Shown here: piece by piece, positions 36,628 to 46,700 of the stretch | Layout: each line of letters begins with the position of its first letter | Numbering within the stretch: the stretch's first letter is position 1 | Source: Clostridia bacterium | GTDB taxonomy: Bacteria; Bacillota; Clostridia; Christensenellales; QALW01 | Assembly: GCA_900769815.1 (NCBI GenBank) | Contig: CAAGID010000011.1 | Location: forward strand, 14,772-78,771 | DNA: 64,000 nucleotides | Direction of reading: 5' to 3' | Notes under the pieces: model-generated | The model's database searches: none | The model's input: only the letters and a program-made list of their open reading frames with translations | What the model was told of the DNA's origin: nothing | Program-made: the position numbers and the translations under genes

Positions 36628-39488
36628 TAGTTATTTCCCCCTTTCGAAAAAGATTCTGCTTTTACAACTGTACCGTCTTCAGCAGTATAGTCAACTGAAT
36701 TGTAGTTTACATAAACAACTGTACCGTTTTCATATGTTACTTTATTTACATTTTCAGCTACATTTTCATGTTCAATAATAAATGAGCCTGCAGTTGATGA
36801 AAGAAGATCATTATATTCCTTATACATCTTAACTGCCTCATCGAACCAAGAACCGTAATGTAATGAGTACATACCTTCAAACCAAAGGTCCTGAACCGCA
36901 TCGTTAGTTTCATAGCACCAACGATAGTAAATGCCCGAACCTGCTTCAACTGCCTGAAGGAATGACTGACGGGTATCACCGTAAAGGTTGATGGGATCGC
37001 CTGAGTATTCAACACAGCCGTGAATTACCATCTGATAGAAGGGAACTGATAAATCGGCTAAGTTAAACTTACTACTCGTATTGCTGATTTCAAAAATTTC
37101 ATCAACGTAAGGAAGCATATAGGCGTTTGTTCCTTTTGCCATTACGTTAAGATTTTGGCCATAAATCTCTGCAACCTTTGCGTAAGTAACAGCAACCTCT
37201 CCCCTGTCTCTTAAATCTTTAACCTTATAGTTTCCGGGAAGATTATAGCCCAGGCTTCCAAGGCTTATGCCTTTAATATTAAGCTCGTTAATGTCTTCAA
37301 GAAGCTTTAATGAGAAGCACTTTGAATTATCATCACTGTAAATATCATAAATCTTTGTAGGTGAAACAATAGATGCTCTATTTTGCTCTGCTGCTGTGTT
37401 CCAGTCATCCCAATACTGATAGTGATATGCAACCTCACGGGTTACAAGACGGGATGCATCTGTAAACTCACTATATCCATCAAACATAGCCGAATTATAA
37501 ACGAAAGCAAGCTCTGTTTCAAAATAAAGATTCATTCCTAAAGATTCGGCCTTTGAAAGTAAGTTATTAAGTCCATCCTTACCGCCAAGCTCTTTTAACA
37601 CCTTAGCTCTATTAAATGCAGTGTTTCTTAAACCGTTATTTGCCCAGCCTTTGTAGTTAACTGAAACATTTTTGATTCCATTTTCGTTAAGCTTATCTAA
37701 AAGTTCTCCGCACTGTTCAAATGTTGTAATAGCCTTTGTTTCAGTATAAGGAATTCCTAAGAAAGCCGTTTTATGGTCATATGCACCAACAAGCTCGATA
37801 TTAAATGGAATTTCTGTATAATTCTTTTTAGTAAGAACGTTCTTTGAAATAAGATAGTCTCTGTAATACTGAGCCATTCCGCTATAATTTGCTTTATTGC
37901 CTTCAAGTAATGCAAATGTAACTGAGATATCATCAGTATTCATTTCTTTCTGATAAATACGTGCTGTTTTACCTGCATTCTTAAATTGAACTTCCTCGTA
38001 TTCAGTCATCCTAAATCTTGAATAACATCTGTTACGATCAACAATGTTCTTATTCTTTCCTGCAATATCAGCAATAATTGTTGCGTTTGTGTCTCCTGAT
38101 TCGATTATAGCAAACATAGCACTTTCGGCACGCTTGATGCCAAATACGGGAAGATATGCACCTTCATTAGCAAAAGGCTTCTGCAACGTCTCGCGTCCGT
38201 CATCAAGACCATAAAGTTGAACACGAACGTCACTTGTTATATTTGTTTTACCATTGTTAAAGTTAACGATAGCACCTGAACCATCAGGAACAAACATATA
38301 GCCTTCTTCTTTTTCAGAAGCAGATCCAAAGTACTTAAGAAGATCAATGGTTGCTATTGCAAGATTTTCTTTATCGTACTGAATTTCATTGCTGGAAATC
38401 GAAACGTTTAAACCATTTTCAGTAAGCTGATAGTCAACGGGAATCCAGAATGTTTTTGCAGCTTCACTAACAAAACCAAACTGCTCGTTGATTTCATCAC
38501 GCTGCTCAAGCGTCATTCCTGCAATGTTAATGAATGCATCTTCAATAACTCGCATAAAACGTGAGTTATTCCACTTTGTCTGGTCCTTGATAACATAAAC
38601 TGTCTTACCGTCGTTCAAAAGCTCTTCCATTTTGGGAGCAACTGCAAGATATTCGTTTTTCTTATCAGGCGTCCAACTCTTCCAGCTTGAAGGAGTAACC
38701 TTTGCATAAAGAGTACCCTTTGTAATATAGCCTGATGAAATAATATCGCCTGCATCTTTGAACTTCTGAGCAATCTCTTCAGCCATTTCACCTTCCATAC
38801 AAGTAGGAACAACGTAGTCAGGTTTAATGAGACCTAAAATGTAAATTACACGAAGATGTCCTTCATGATTAACCACATAGAACTGTTCTTTACCGTTTTC
38901 GGGATCCGAAATAAGAACACAGTCTGTATAGCTTTCAAGAGTTTTCTGACTTCCGTCAGCCTTGTTAAGATAGAAGATTGAAAGCTGACTTGCCATTTCG
39001 CCGGGAAGACCGGCGGATTTTTCAGCGGGAGCAGGGTTTGAGTACCAAACCTGACCGCTGGATTTGCTCTTTAATGCAAACTCAAGGTATTCCTCATTGA
39101 AATAAAATTCATAGTTTTCATTTTCTTCAACGAACTTGTAAACAGTTTCTTTAAGAGCAACCTGATCTGTAGATTCAGTATTTTCCTCTTTAGTATCAGT
39201 TGTTACCTCTGTATTTTCAAGTGTTTCAACTGTTGCATCTGCATTTTCAGGTGCTTCAGTAACAGTTTCGTCTGTTACAGTATCATTTTTCTCATTAAAA
39301 ACGTCACGTTTTTCAGTATAAACATCCTGACGAATATGAGGGGGCTTTTCATCAGAAAACTGGAAAAGCGGCTCTTTATTTGTAGGAGTAATATAACTGC
39401 TTGTAGTTTTATCTGCACATCCGGTAAATGCTATCGTCGGAAGGATAATCATTATAACGAGTAAGGCAGAAAGTATTTTCTTTTTCAT
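36627..39488 (-). CDS. ~950-aa surface lipoprotein, putative glycoside-hydrolase-like (possibly DUF5696 family)
   Basis: Lipobox IAFTG-C follows MKKKILSALLVIMIILPT. There is an acidic linker. The C-terminal half has TIM-barrel-like alternation (NVSVNYKGWANNGL..., VPFYQMVIHG). The family name is from memory only. Confidence 0.55.
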   Translation of the reverse strand: MKKKILSALLVIMIILPTIAFTGCADKTTSSYITPTNKEPLFQFSDEKPPHIRQDVYTEKRDVFNEKNDTVTDETVTEAPENADATVETLENTEVTTDTKEENTESTDQVALKETVYKFVEENENYEFYFNEEYLEFALKSKSSGQVWYSNPAPAEKSAGLPGEMASQLSIFYLNKADGSQKTLESYTDCVLISDPENGKEQFYVVNHEGHLRVIYILGLIKPDYVVPTCMEGEMAEEIAQKFKDAGDIISSGYITKGTLYAKVTPSSWKSWTPDKKNEYLAVAPKMEELLNDGKTVYVIKDQTKWNNSRFMRVIEDAFINIAGMTLEQRDEINEQFGFVSEAAKTFWIPVDYQLTENGLNVSISSNEIQYDKENLAIATIDLLKYFGSASEKEEGYMFVPDGSGAIVNFNNGKTNITSDVRVQLYGLDDGRETLQKPFANEGAYLPVFGIKRAESAMFAIIESGDTNATIIADIAGKNKNIVDRNRCYSRFRMTEYEEVQFKNAGKTARIYQKEMNTDDISVTFALLEGNKANYSGMAQYYRDYLISKNVLTKKNYTEIPFNIELVGAYDHKTAFLGIPYTETKAITTFEQCGELLDKLNENGIKNVSVNYKGWANNGLRNTAFNRAKVLKELGGKDGLNNLLSKAESLGMNLYFETELAFVYNSAMFDGYSEFTDASRLVTREVAYHYQYWDDWNTAAEQNRASIVSPTKIYDIYSDDNSKCFSLKLLEDINELNIKGISLGSLGYNLPGNYKVKDLRDRGEVAVTYAKVAEIYGQNLNVMAKGTNAYMLPYVDEIFEISNTSSKFNLADLSVPFYQMVIHGCVEYSGDPINLYGDTRQSFLQAVEAGSGIYYRWCYETNDAVQDLWFEGMYSLHYGSWFDEAVKMYKEYNDLLSSTAGSFIIEHENVAENVNKVTYENGTVVYVNYNSVDYTAEDGTVVKAESFSKGGNN

Positions 39489-39502
39489 ATTTTCCACCTC
39501 CA

Positions 39503-40144
39503 TTACCTTCTGAGCTCAAGTTCAAGATATATTGTATAGATAAAGTTCCATATTTCCTGAACAAGGAAGAAAAACAACATACCTAAGAACACGATAATAA
39601 CCATACCTAAAAGTATAGCAAGTAATATAAGGAACGTTTTACCGCCGCTATACTGGTGAGTCGTCATAGTACCTGTATAAAGCAGTATACCGGTCCAGCC
39701 ATATCCAACAACCGTAACAAGAGTTACAATAGTAGCCTCGTTAACAGTAAGAACATTGGTAAGCGGAAGAAGTATAATTTGTGAAAGGACAAGAGGTAAC
39801 ATTGAATATCCCGTATAAAGGAATACGTCCTTCATACTTCCTTCGCCATCAAAAAGTGTTGTAAGACCCCAGTTTGCTGCAACCCAAATAACTACAACAA
39901 GTGCTGTTGTTACAAAGCTTCCTACAATATTGATACGTTCCGGAAATACCTTTAACTCGTTAAAAGTGTAGTTGTTAAACTGACTATTAAGAATTCCCGT
40001 TAAAACGTATAATATAAGGAATATTACGGCTATATAGCCTCTGCCACGCTTTTCATGCTTTAAATCCCAGAAACCATCAAGAGGATGAGTTATAACATGG
40101 AAAGCATATTTTAGGTCTGCTCCGAATTTTTTAAGCAATTCCAT
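39503..40144 (-). CDS. Yip1-domain polytopic membrane protein
   Basis: N-terminus LKYAFHVITHPLDGFWDLKHEKRG followed by five hydrophobic helices, matching the bacterial YIP1-family layout. Confidence 0.65.
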   Translation of the reverse strand: MELLKKFGADLKYAFHVITHPLDGFWDLKHEKRGRGYIAVIFLILYVLTGILNSQFNNYTFNELKVFPERINIVGSFVTTALVVVIWVAANWGLTTLFDGEGSMKDVFLYTGYSMLPLVLSQIILLPLTNVLTVNEATIVTLVTVVGYGWTGILLYTGTMTTHQYSGGKTFLILLAILLGMVIIVFLGMLFFFLVQEIWNFIYTIYLELELRR

Positions 40145-41916
40145 TATAATTTTCTTCCTCCTGTTTCAATAAATTTCTTAAACTTTTTATACCAACCGGT
40201 TACAAGAATTGCAACTGTTGCAATAATAATTCCCCACATAATAAAAGGCATTGCTTTTTCAAGGATAAGGTCTCTGTATTTATAGAAAGCCTTTCCGTAA
40301 TCTTCCTGTGAATAACCCTTCATAAAATAGTCAGCAGCTTTAAGGAAGTTTTCTCTCTGTTCAGTTGTATCATTGTTCAATACTTCTGTTTCTGCTGCCC
40401 AAAGGTAATATATTCTACCAATACCCTTATAGGCAAGTGCTGAGTTTGAAGACATACCAAGGATCTTATTCCAAGCCTTTTCAGCATCTTCATAGCGTCT
40501 TTCCTCGTGGCTGTTAACTGCTTCTCGAAGAATAAGTCCATATTCAGTAGGTTTATAGGTCGTTATCTGTGCACCCATTGAGTCAAGAACTACGATAGTC
40601 TCATCATCAGTAAGAAGCTCTATTGCAACGGGATCAAGGTTTGTACCTTCAGTAAAACCTACCTGTTCCTGACGACCCGAAGAATTATTCTCTCCTACTG
40701 AAGTTTCCTTTTGTCCTAACGCACCAAAAACATATAATAATTCACCGGTGTTAGTGTAGGTAAAGATACGTCCTTTCTGTGAGTCAAGAATACTCGTGAG
40801 ACCGTTTTCAGAAACTGTAACATCACAAATGTATGAATATGAAGATCTATTTACACCGTCACCCAAATCGCCTGAAGGAGGTGTGATGCCTGTTCTTTTA
40901 AGAACGTCAGCACCTGCCGCATTAAGCTTTCTCAGAGCCGCACCGACTTCAGATGTTGCACCAGCAGTAAAATGTCCTACAAGGTCTTCAAGTTTAAGTT
41001 GTGAGACAGTACCATAAATAAAGCCTTGTTCATCAATTGTTATATTACTGTACTCAGTAGAAATATTCTGCTGCAGTTTATCTTTTGCTTCTGACGAGAA
41101 CAAACGATTAAGAAGTGATGAAAGCGTCTGCTTTGTTTTTGTAGCACCAAAGAACTTTGTAAATTCGCCGTTATTGTTAAGTTCAACTATACCCTGATAG
41201 CAGTCTCTTGAAACGACAAACATACGCATTGCATTATCAACAACAACCTTTAAAGGTTTATATTGAATGTTCGTTTTTGATGAAGAAGATGTTCCCTGCG
41301 AATTATTGTCAAGTTCAATTTCATCCTCGGCAATACCACTATCATCGCCTTCTTGTACATTTGTTGAAGGTGTTACCTCTTCAACAACTTCTTCGCCATC
41401 CTGCGTGAAATACTTTGAAAGATCAGGGTCATCATAAGTACGCTCAAAAACAAATGAGTCTGTTGTTTCATCATATTTGAAACTTACGATGCGTTTATTT
41501 TCCGTATCACAAACAAAGAGCAAATCAGTTGCTTCATGAACGAACAAACCGTTAGGTGAGTTAAAGGTCTCAACCTTTCCATCCTTTTCAAAGGAAGAAA
41601 TAATTTGTTTTACGGTACGCATATCTGTATCAAGCACAACAACACGGTTGTTTCCTGTATCTGATACAAGGATATAACCTTTACCGTCAAACTGTGTAAG
41701 ATCCTGAGGCTCTTTAAACGCTTTGCCTTCAAGATTTTCAAGACCGATTACAATACTATTTATAATCTGGTCGGGTGTATATGCCTGGGGGTCAGGATAT
41801 ACACCGCTTTGTGTAATTGTATAGTTCTGATACGGAGCTGCAAAAGCCGTAACCGTAAACATCAATGAAAGAATAACGGCAAGTACCAGAGATGCTGATT
41901 TTCTAAATTTCATCAT
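40144..41916 (-). CDS. secreted NHL-repeat beta-propeller protein with TPR-like region and C-terminal TM anchor
   Basis: Signal peptide ending in TAFA-AP. NHL-like blades (ILVSDTGNNRVVVLD, LLFVCDTENKRIVSF, IVVLDSMGAQITTY). Helical repeats. A terminal TM (MPFIMWGIIIATVAILVTGWY) followed by a basic tail. Confidence 0.65.
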   Translation of the reverse strand: MMKFRKSASLVLAVILSLMFTVTAFAAPYQNYTITQSGVYPDPQAYTPDQIINSIVIGLENLEGKAFKEPQDLTQFDGKGYILVSDTGNNRVVVLDTDMRTVKQIISSFEKDGKVETFNSPNGLFVHEATDLLFVCDTENKRIVSFKYDETTDSFVFERTYDDPDLSKYFTQDGEEVVEEVTPSTNVQEGDDSGIAEDEIELDNNSQGTSSSSKTNIQYKPLKVVVDNAMRMFVVSRDCYQGIVELNNNGEFTKFFGATKTKQTLSSLLNRLFSSEAKDKLQQNISTEYSNITIDEQGFIYGTVSQLKLEDLVGHFTAGATSEVGAALRKLNAAGADVLKRTGITPPSGDLGDGVNRSSYSYICDVTVSENGLTSILDSQKGRIFTYTNTGELLYVFGALGQKETSVGENNSSGRQEQVGFTEGTNLDPVAIELLTDDETIVVLDSMGAQITTYKPTEYGLILREAVNSHEERRYEDAEKAWNKILGMSSNSALAYKGIGRIYYLWAAETEVLNNDTTEQRENFLKAADYFMKGYSQEDYGKAFYKYRDLILEKAMPFIMWGIIIATVAILVTGWYKKFKKFIETGGRKL

Positions 41917-41930
41917 TTTGGGTTACCTCC

Positions 41931-42776
41931 TTAATCTTTCATACCTGACGTTGCCATTGTCTCGATGATGTTACTCTGCGAAATAATGAACGCTGTGATG
42001 GGAACCGCCATCATAATAACTGTAACTGCGTTGGCAACACCTTGACGTGCAATACCTGTTGAAACAATTTGTTGAAGTGCATAAGGAAGAGTTTTTAAAG
42101 ATTCACTCTGAATAAACACTGATGCACCTAAGTTCCAAAGCCCCTGAACTGAGAATATCATAAGTGTAAGCCAAGCTGACTTAACCTGAGGCATAACGAT
42201 TGACCAGAATATCTTAAAACTTCCTGCGCCGTCAATACGGGCTGCTTCAACAAGTGACCTGGGAATCTGCGACATAAACTGTTGCATAAGATACATGCCC
42301 ATAGGAGAAGCAAATGTGGGAATGATAATTGCCCAATATGTATCGATCATACCAAGTCCTGCCTTGATGATAAAAAGAGGAAGCCAAAGAACTGTTCCGT
42401 TAAACATAAGTGCCAATCTAATGATATTTGAGATAGACTTACTTCCAGGGAAAGTGTACATAGCAAGAGGATATGCACATAAAGAACACAAAACAATCTG
42501 ACCAAAGGTACCAACTGTGGTAATAAACACGGTATTAAATAAATATCTTGAGAAGGGTACCCAGGAATTTCCCATTAAAACAAACAAATCGGTATAGTTT
42601 GTTGTTATCCATCTTTTAGGTAATAACGTAGGCGGGAATTTAAATAATTCGTCCATAGGCTTAAAGGAGTTACCTACTGCATAAACCATAGGAAGAACCA
42701 TGAAGCAAGCAACTATGCAAAGGAATAAAATTCCTAAAATGTTACCTGCATTTGAACGGTTAACTTTCTTTGCCAT
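41931..42776 (-). CDS. carbohydrate ABC permease (MalG-like) of first pair
   Basis: EAA loop LVEAARIDGAGSFKIFWSIVMP. Confidence 0.88.
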   Translation of the reverse strand: MAKKVNRSNAGNILGILFLCIVACFMVLPMVYAVGNSFKPMDELFKFPPTLLPKRWITTNYTDLFVLMGNSWVPFSRYLFNTVFITTVGTFGQIVLCSLCAYPLAMYTFPGSKSISNIIRLALMFNGTVLWLPLFIIKAGLGMIDTYWAIIIPTFASPMGMYLMQQFMSQIPRSLVEAARIDGAGSFKIFWSIVMPQVKSAWLTLMIFSVQGLWNLGASVFIQSESLKTLPYALQQIVSTGIARQGVANAVTVIMMAVPITAFIISQSNIIETMATSGMKD

Positions 42777-42779
42777 AAA

Positions 42780-43721
42780 TTACTCACCCACCTTTGAAAG
42801 CATTTTTGCAATTAACTTATTAGCAACAATTTGTAACAAGAACAAAAGAACTGCTATTGCACAAGCATAACCAAGTTCCATTCTCTGGTTTGCATAGTCC
42901 TCAAGGTGATGCATAAGTGTATGAGCAACATAGTCCTGTGAAGGATAACCTACAAGCGCAGTAATTGCAGCGCCAACTGAGAATGCGCCAGAAATACTCA
43001 TAACAGCACCGAATAAAAGCTGAGGCTTCATATAAGGTAAGGTAATATACCAAAGTTCCTGCCATCTGTTCTTAACACCGTCAATAGCACCTGCTTCATA
43101 TAACGTGCGGTCAACGTTCTGAAGACCTGCAACGAAGGTAAGGAAACTAGTACCCAATGACGACCATAGAATAACTATCAAGCAACACGGCACAATATAG
43201 TCAACATTTTCAAGCCATTTAATGTTAGACATCGTAATACCTGTATTCATAAGGAAACCATTAAGAAGACCATATTGGTCAGATGAGAAGATAATCTTCC
43301 AAACAGGATAAACGCTGGCAAGTGAAGGTGCGTAATAGAAAAGAGTCATAACTGCTCTTGTTCTTCTGCCGAGCTCATTGATAAGCCAAGCAAAGAACAA
43401 TGACATTATGTAACCGCCGGGGCCGATAATAACTGCAAAGAATAAGGTATTCTTAAATGCGGTCATAAACAAATCATCGGCAGTAAAAAGACGGATATAG
43501 TTATTGAAACCAGTCCACTGGGGAGGCTCAAGTACGTTAAAGTACGTAAATGAGAAATACATTGCAACTATAACGGGAAGAATTGTAAAGGTTGCAAATA
43601 TTATAAGATAAGGAAGCATGAATAAATATAAACTGCCATTTTTACGCATTTCTTTAAACTGATATTTGAGCCAATCCTTAAAGAATGCTTTGTTTTTGGC
43701 TTTAGTCTCACTTTTAGCCAT
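42780..43721 (-). CDS. carbohydrate ABC permease (MalF-like) of first pair
   Basis: EAA loop LYEAGAIDGVKNRWQELWYITLP. Six TM segments. Confidence 0.88.
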   Translation of the reverse strand: MAKSETKAKNKAFFKDWLKYQFKEMRKNGSLYLFMLPYLIIFATFTILPVIVAMYFSFTYFNVLEPPQWTGFNNYIRLFTADDLFMTAFKNTLFFAVIIGPGGYIMSLFFAWLINELGRRTRAVMTLFYYAPSLASVYPVWKIIFSSDQYGLLNGFLMNTGITMSNIKWLENVDYIVPCCLIVILWSSLGTSFLTFVAGLQNVDRTLYEAGAIDGVKNRWQELWYITLPYMKPQLLFGAVMSISGAFSVGAAITALVGYPSQDYVAHTLMHHLEDYANQRMELGYACAIAVLLFLLQIVANKLIAKMLSKVGE

Positions 43722-46700
43722 TATTCTACCGCCTTTCCTGTCATTTGCTCGATCTTCTTCTTGAATTCTTCACGTTTACGATCGATTTCTCTGTCAATTT
43801 TGCTTACATATTCAATAAACGTTGTATTGGGGTCTGTACCGGGATTATTAATAACTTCTTTCCAAGCAAACTCAATGTTACGTGCAGTATAATAACCGCC
43901 GGGAACCTGAGGAATAGCTTTGCAATGCTTCCACTGCTCCTGAATCATTACCATTGACTGCTTATCCCAAGGAAGCTTTGCCATTGCCTTAAGGTTTGCG
44001 GTCTGATAACGAGCTGCAGGACCAAGCAAGCTTTCGATTTCAGTACCGAAACGATACTGTGCATCTTCGCCAGTCCACCACTTTATAAACTCCCAAGCAC
44101 GCTTAATTCTGTTTCTTCCCTCTTCTGTTGAAGAATCTATAGAAAGCATTACACAAGCTGAAGTTGTGCTTGCACATGAGTGATCAACAACAACTTTACC
44201 GTTTTCATCATAAATAACATTGCCATCAGCATCCTTCTGAACTGTACCGGGAACAAGGGAGAACTCCCAAAGGCCCTGAATTTCAGGAGCAAATACTGCA
44301 AGCTGTGAATACTGACTGTAACTTGCAATACCTATCGGAACTTCACCTGTACGGAAACGGTTAGCAAAATCATATGTATTGGGTAAGTTATATAATGTAT
44401 AGAATTCTGTCCATTCCTTAAATGCATCAAGAGCTGCATCCGAATTAAGGTCTGTTGAATCTCTGTCCTCAGTATAATACTGACCGCCCTTCTGATAAAG
44501 AAGTGTAGCAAAAGTGTTATTACCTGAACCAACTGCACCTACAACAGGAACAGGCATCGCAAAGGTCATCTGCTGATTCTGAAGGTGCCCAATTATATTA
44601 TATACTTCATCCCAAGTCTGAGGAGCTTCAAGTCCAAGTTCTTCAAGAATATCTGTACGGTAGAAGGTCATAAAGAAATCCTGTGTCTCAGGAACACCAT
44701 AGATACCATTACCAAAGGTAAAGGGATCAACAGCACTGTGAGCAAAACGTTCAGAATTGAGAAGAAATTCCTCGTAATCAGGGAAAAGTTCTTTATCTGC
44801 AAGATTCATAACTGCACCGCGGAACGCATAGTTAATAGCATCAACTGCACCGCGTGACAAGCATATTTCTGGTCCGATTCCTGACAAAACAGACGGCAAT
44901 AGTGAGCCGCTGGCAACAAGACGGGTACTTACTACAATTCCTGTTTCTTTAGTAAACATATCATCAATAAGCTGTTTAAGAATTGTCGCATTATCTCGTG
45001 AGCCTGTAAGACCCGCGCCTGTTTCAAGCCATACCACAACGGGTTCCTGACCATCTTCGGCAACCGTACCGCCGATGTTATCGTAGTCTTCTGTAAATGA
45101 AGCTATAAATGCACGGATTTCATGAAGCATCTTTGCAAAGAAGCTTGCATCAGGGTTAGGCATACCGTTACCGTTAACTGTATCTTCCGTGGTAACTACG
45201 AAGTAGTCAAGTTCCAAAGGATTCTGGCTCATATCGTTAATCCATGTACCCATAGAAGCGATAGAGTCTTTAAGGTTTGAGAACAATGAAGGTACAACGT
45301 TATGGTCAATCTGAAGAATCTTTATAAAATTCTCTCTTTCTTTTTCGGTCAATTCATTTGCAGCGAACTTCTTCTCGATAAAAGCTACCATTGTCTCGAT
45401 ATTCTCAAGTTCGTCATCAGTAACATCACCAAAACGAAGTTTAATAGCATTTTCAAACTCGGCAACAGAATCTTTTTTAATCATTCTTTGAAGAAGAAGC
45501 AATGTGCTGTCAAGACTTGTAAGCTGTGCGCTGATTTCTTTACCATACTCTTCCATCATTTTGTTTTTTAGATTCAAAAGATTGTAATATTCTTTTTCAA
45601 GAAGATCAAGTGCGTCAGGAACCATAGCATCAAGCATATAGCTCTTGTTTACGTCAGGCGAGGCGCTTGTAATCATAAGAATTCTTCTGTAAGCGTAATT
45701 AAGCTGAGTGAGGCTGTTTTCCGCATCTGCAAGGAAATCACCCATCTTGCCTAAAGTTGATTCAAGACGAATTGTATTTTTTCCTTCGTTAAGATAGAAA
45801 AGAATTGTTTCGCCGTCTTCAGTTTTAGGCGTATACATCTTAAAGCTGTTTCCATATTCAAAAACAAGATTATTAACTTCAGCACAAGGAACAACACCGT
45901 TAACGGTAAGCTTACGTGTTGTACTTAAACCGCTTAAAGTATTCTGACGTGCCTTAAAGCTGATAGCATAAAGACCAGCTTTCTCAACGGTAAAAGACCA
46001 CTCAATCCAATCATTAGGAGCCTGCCATTTATCAGCACCGATTGTGTTATAACGAATCTTTGCATGATGATAAGGAACCGTTGAAGGAGATGACCTATCA
46101 GTAATAGCGTACAATGTAGGTGATGATTTAAGAGTATTAAATGTAGGATCCTTAGTTGCATCATATGCAGTTTGATCCATAGGACTTATATAATTATTGT
46201 ATGCATTAACATCGGCAAAGAAAGCCTGCTTATCTAAGAAAGCCTCAGGTGCATGTAAACCTTCAGCCTGAATGATAATCTCACATTCGCCTGTAACCTT
46301 CTCATAACCATTTGCCTCATATTCCTTTTTTAACTCAGAATAAGGCATCGCTGATTTGATCTGATGAAGCATGGCATACTCAACAATCATACCTTCTTTT
46401 ATTGCTTCGAAAGCAAGAACATGTTTACCTGCTTCAAGGTAGAATTTGAAAGGTTCACTTTCATATCCCATATAATCACGAGCCGAAACAGTCTGCCACT
46501 GACCTGTTCCACTCTGATACGGACGCTTTTCATTGCCGGTCTGAGGATCAATTATAAGAAGACCAGAATCCTTCCATACACGCTCAAGGTTTATCTGACG
46601 TGCTTCATAAAAGGGAACTTTGTAATCAATATAAACTCTACGTTGTACTGCCGAACTGTTACAATTAACAGTAATCTGTTCACCGTCTTTTTCATAAGTT

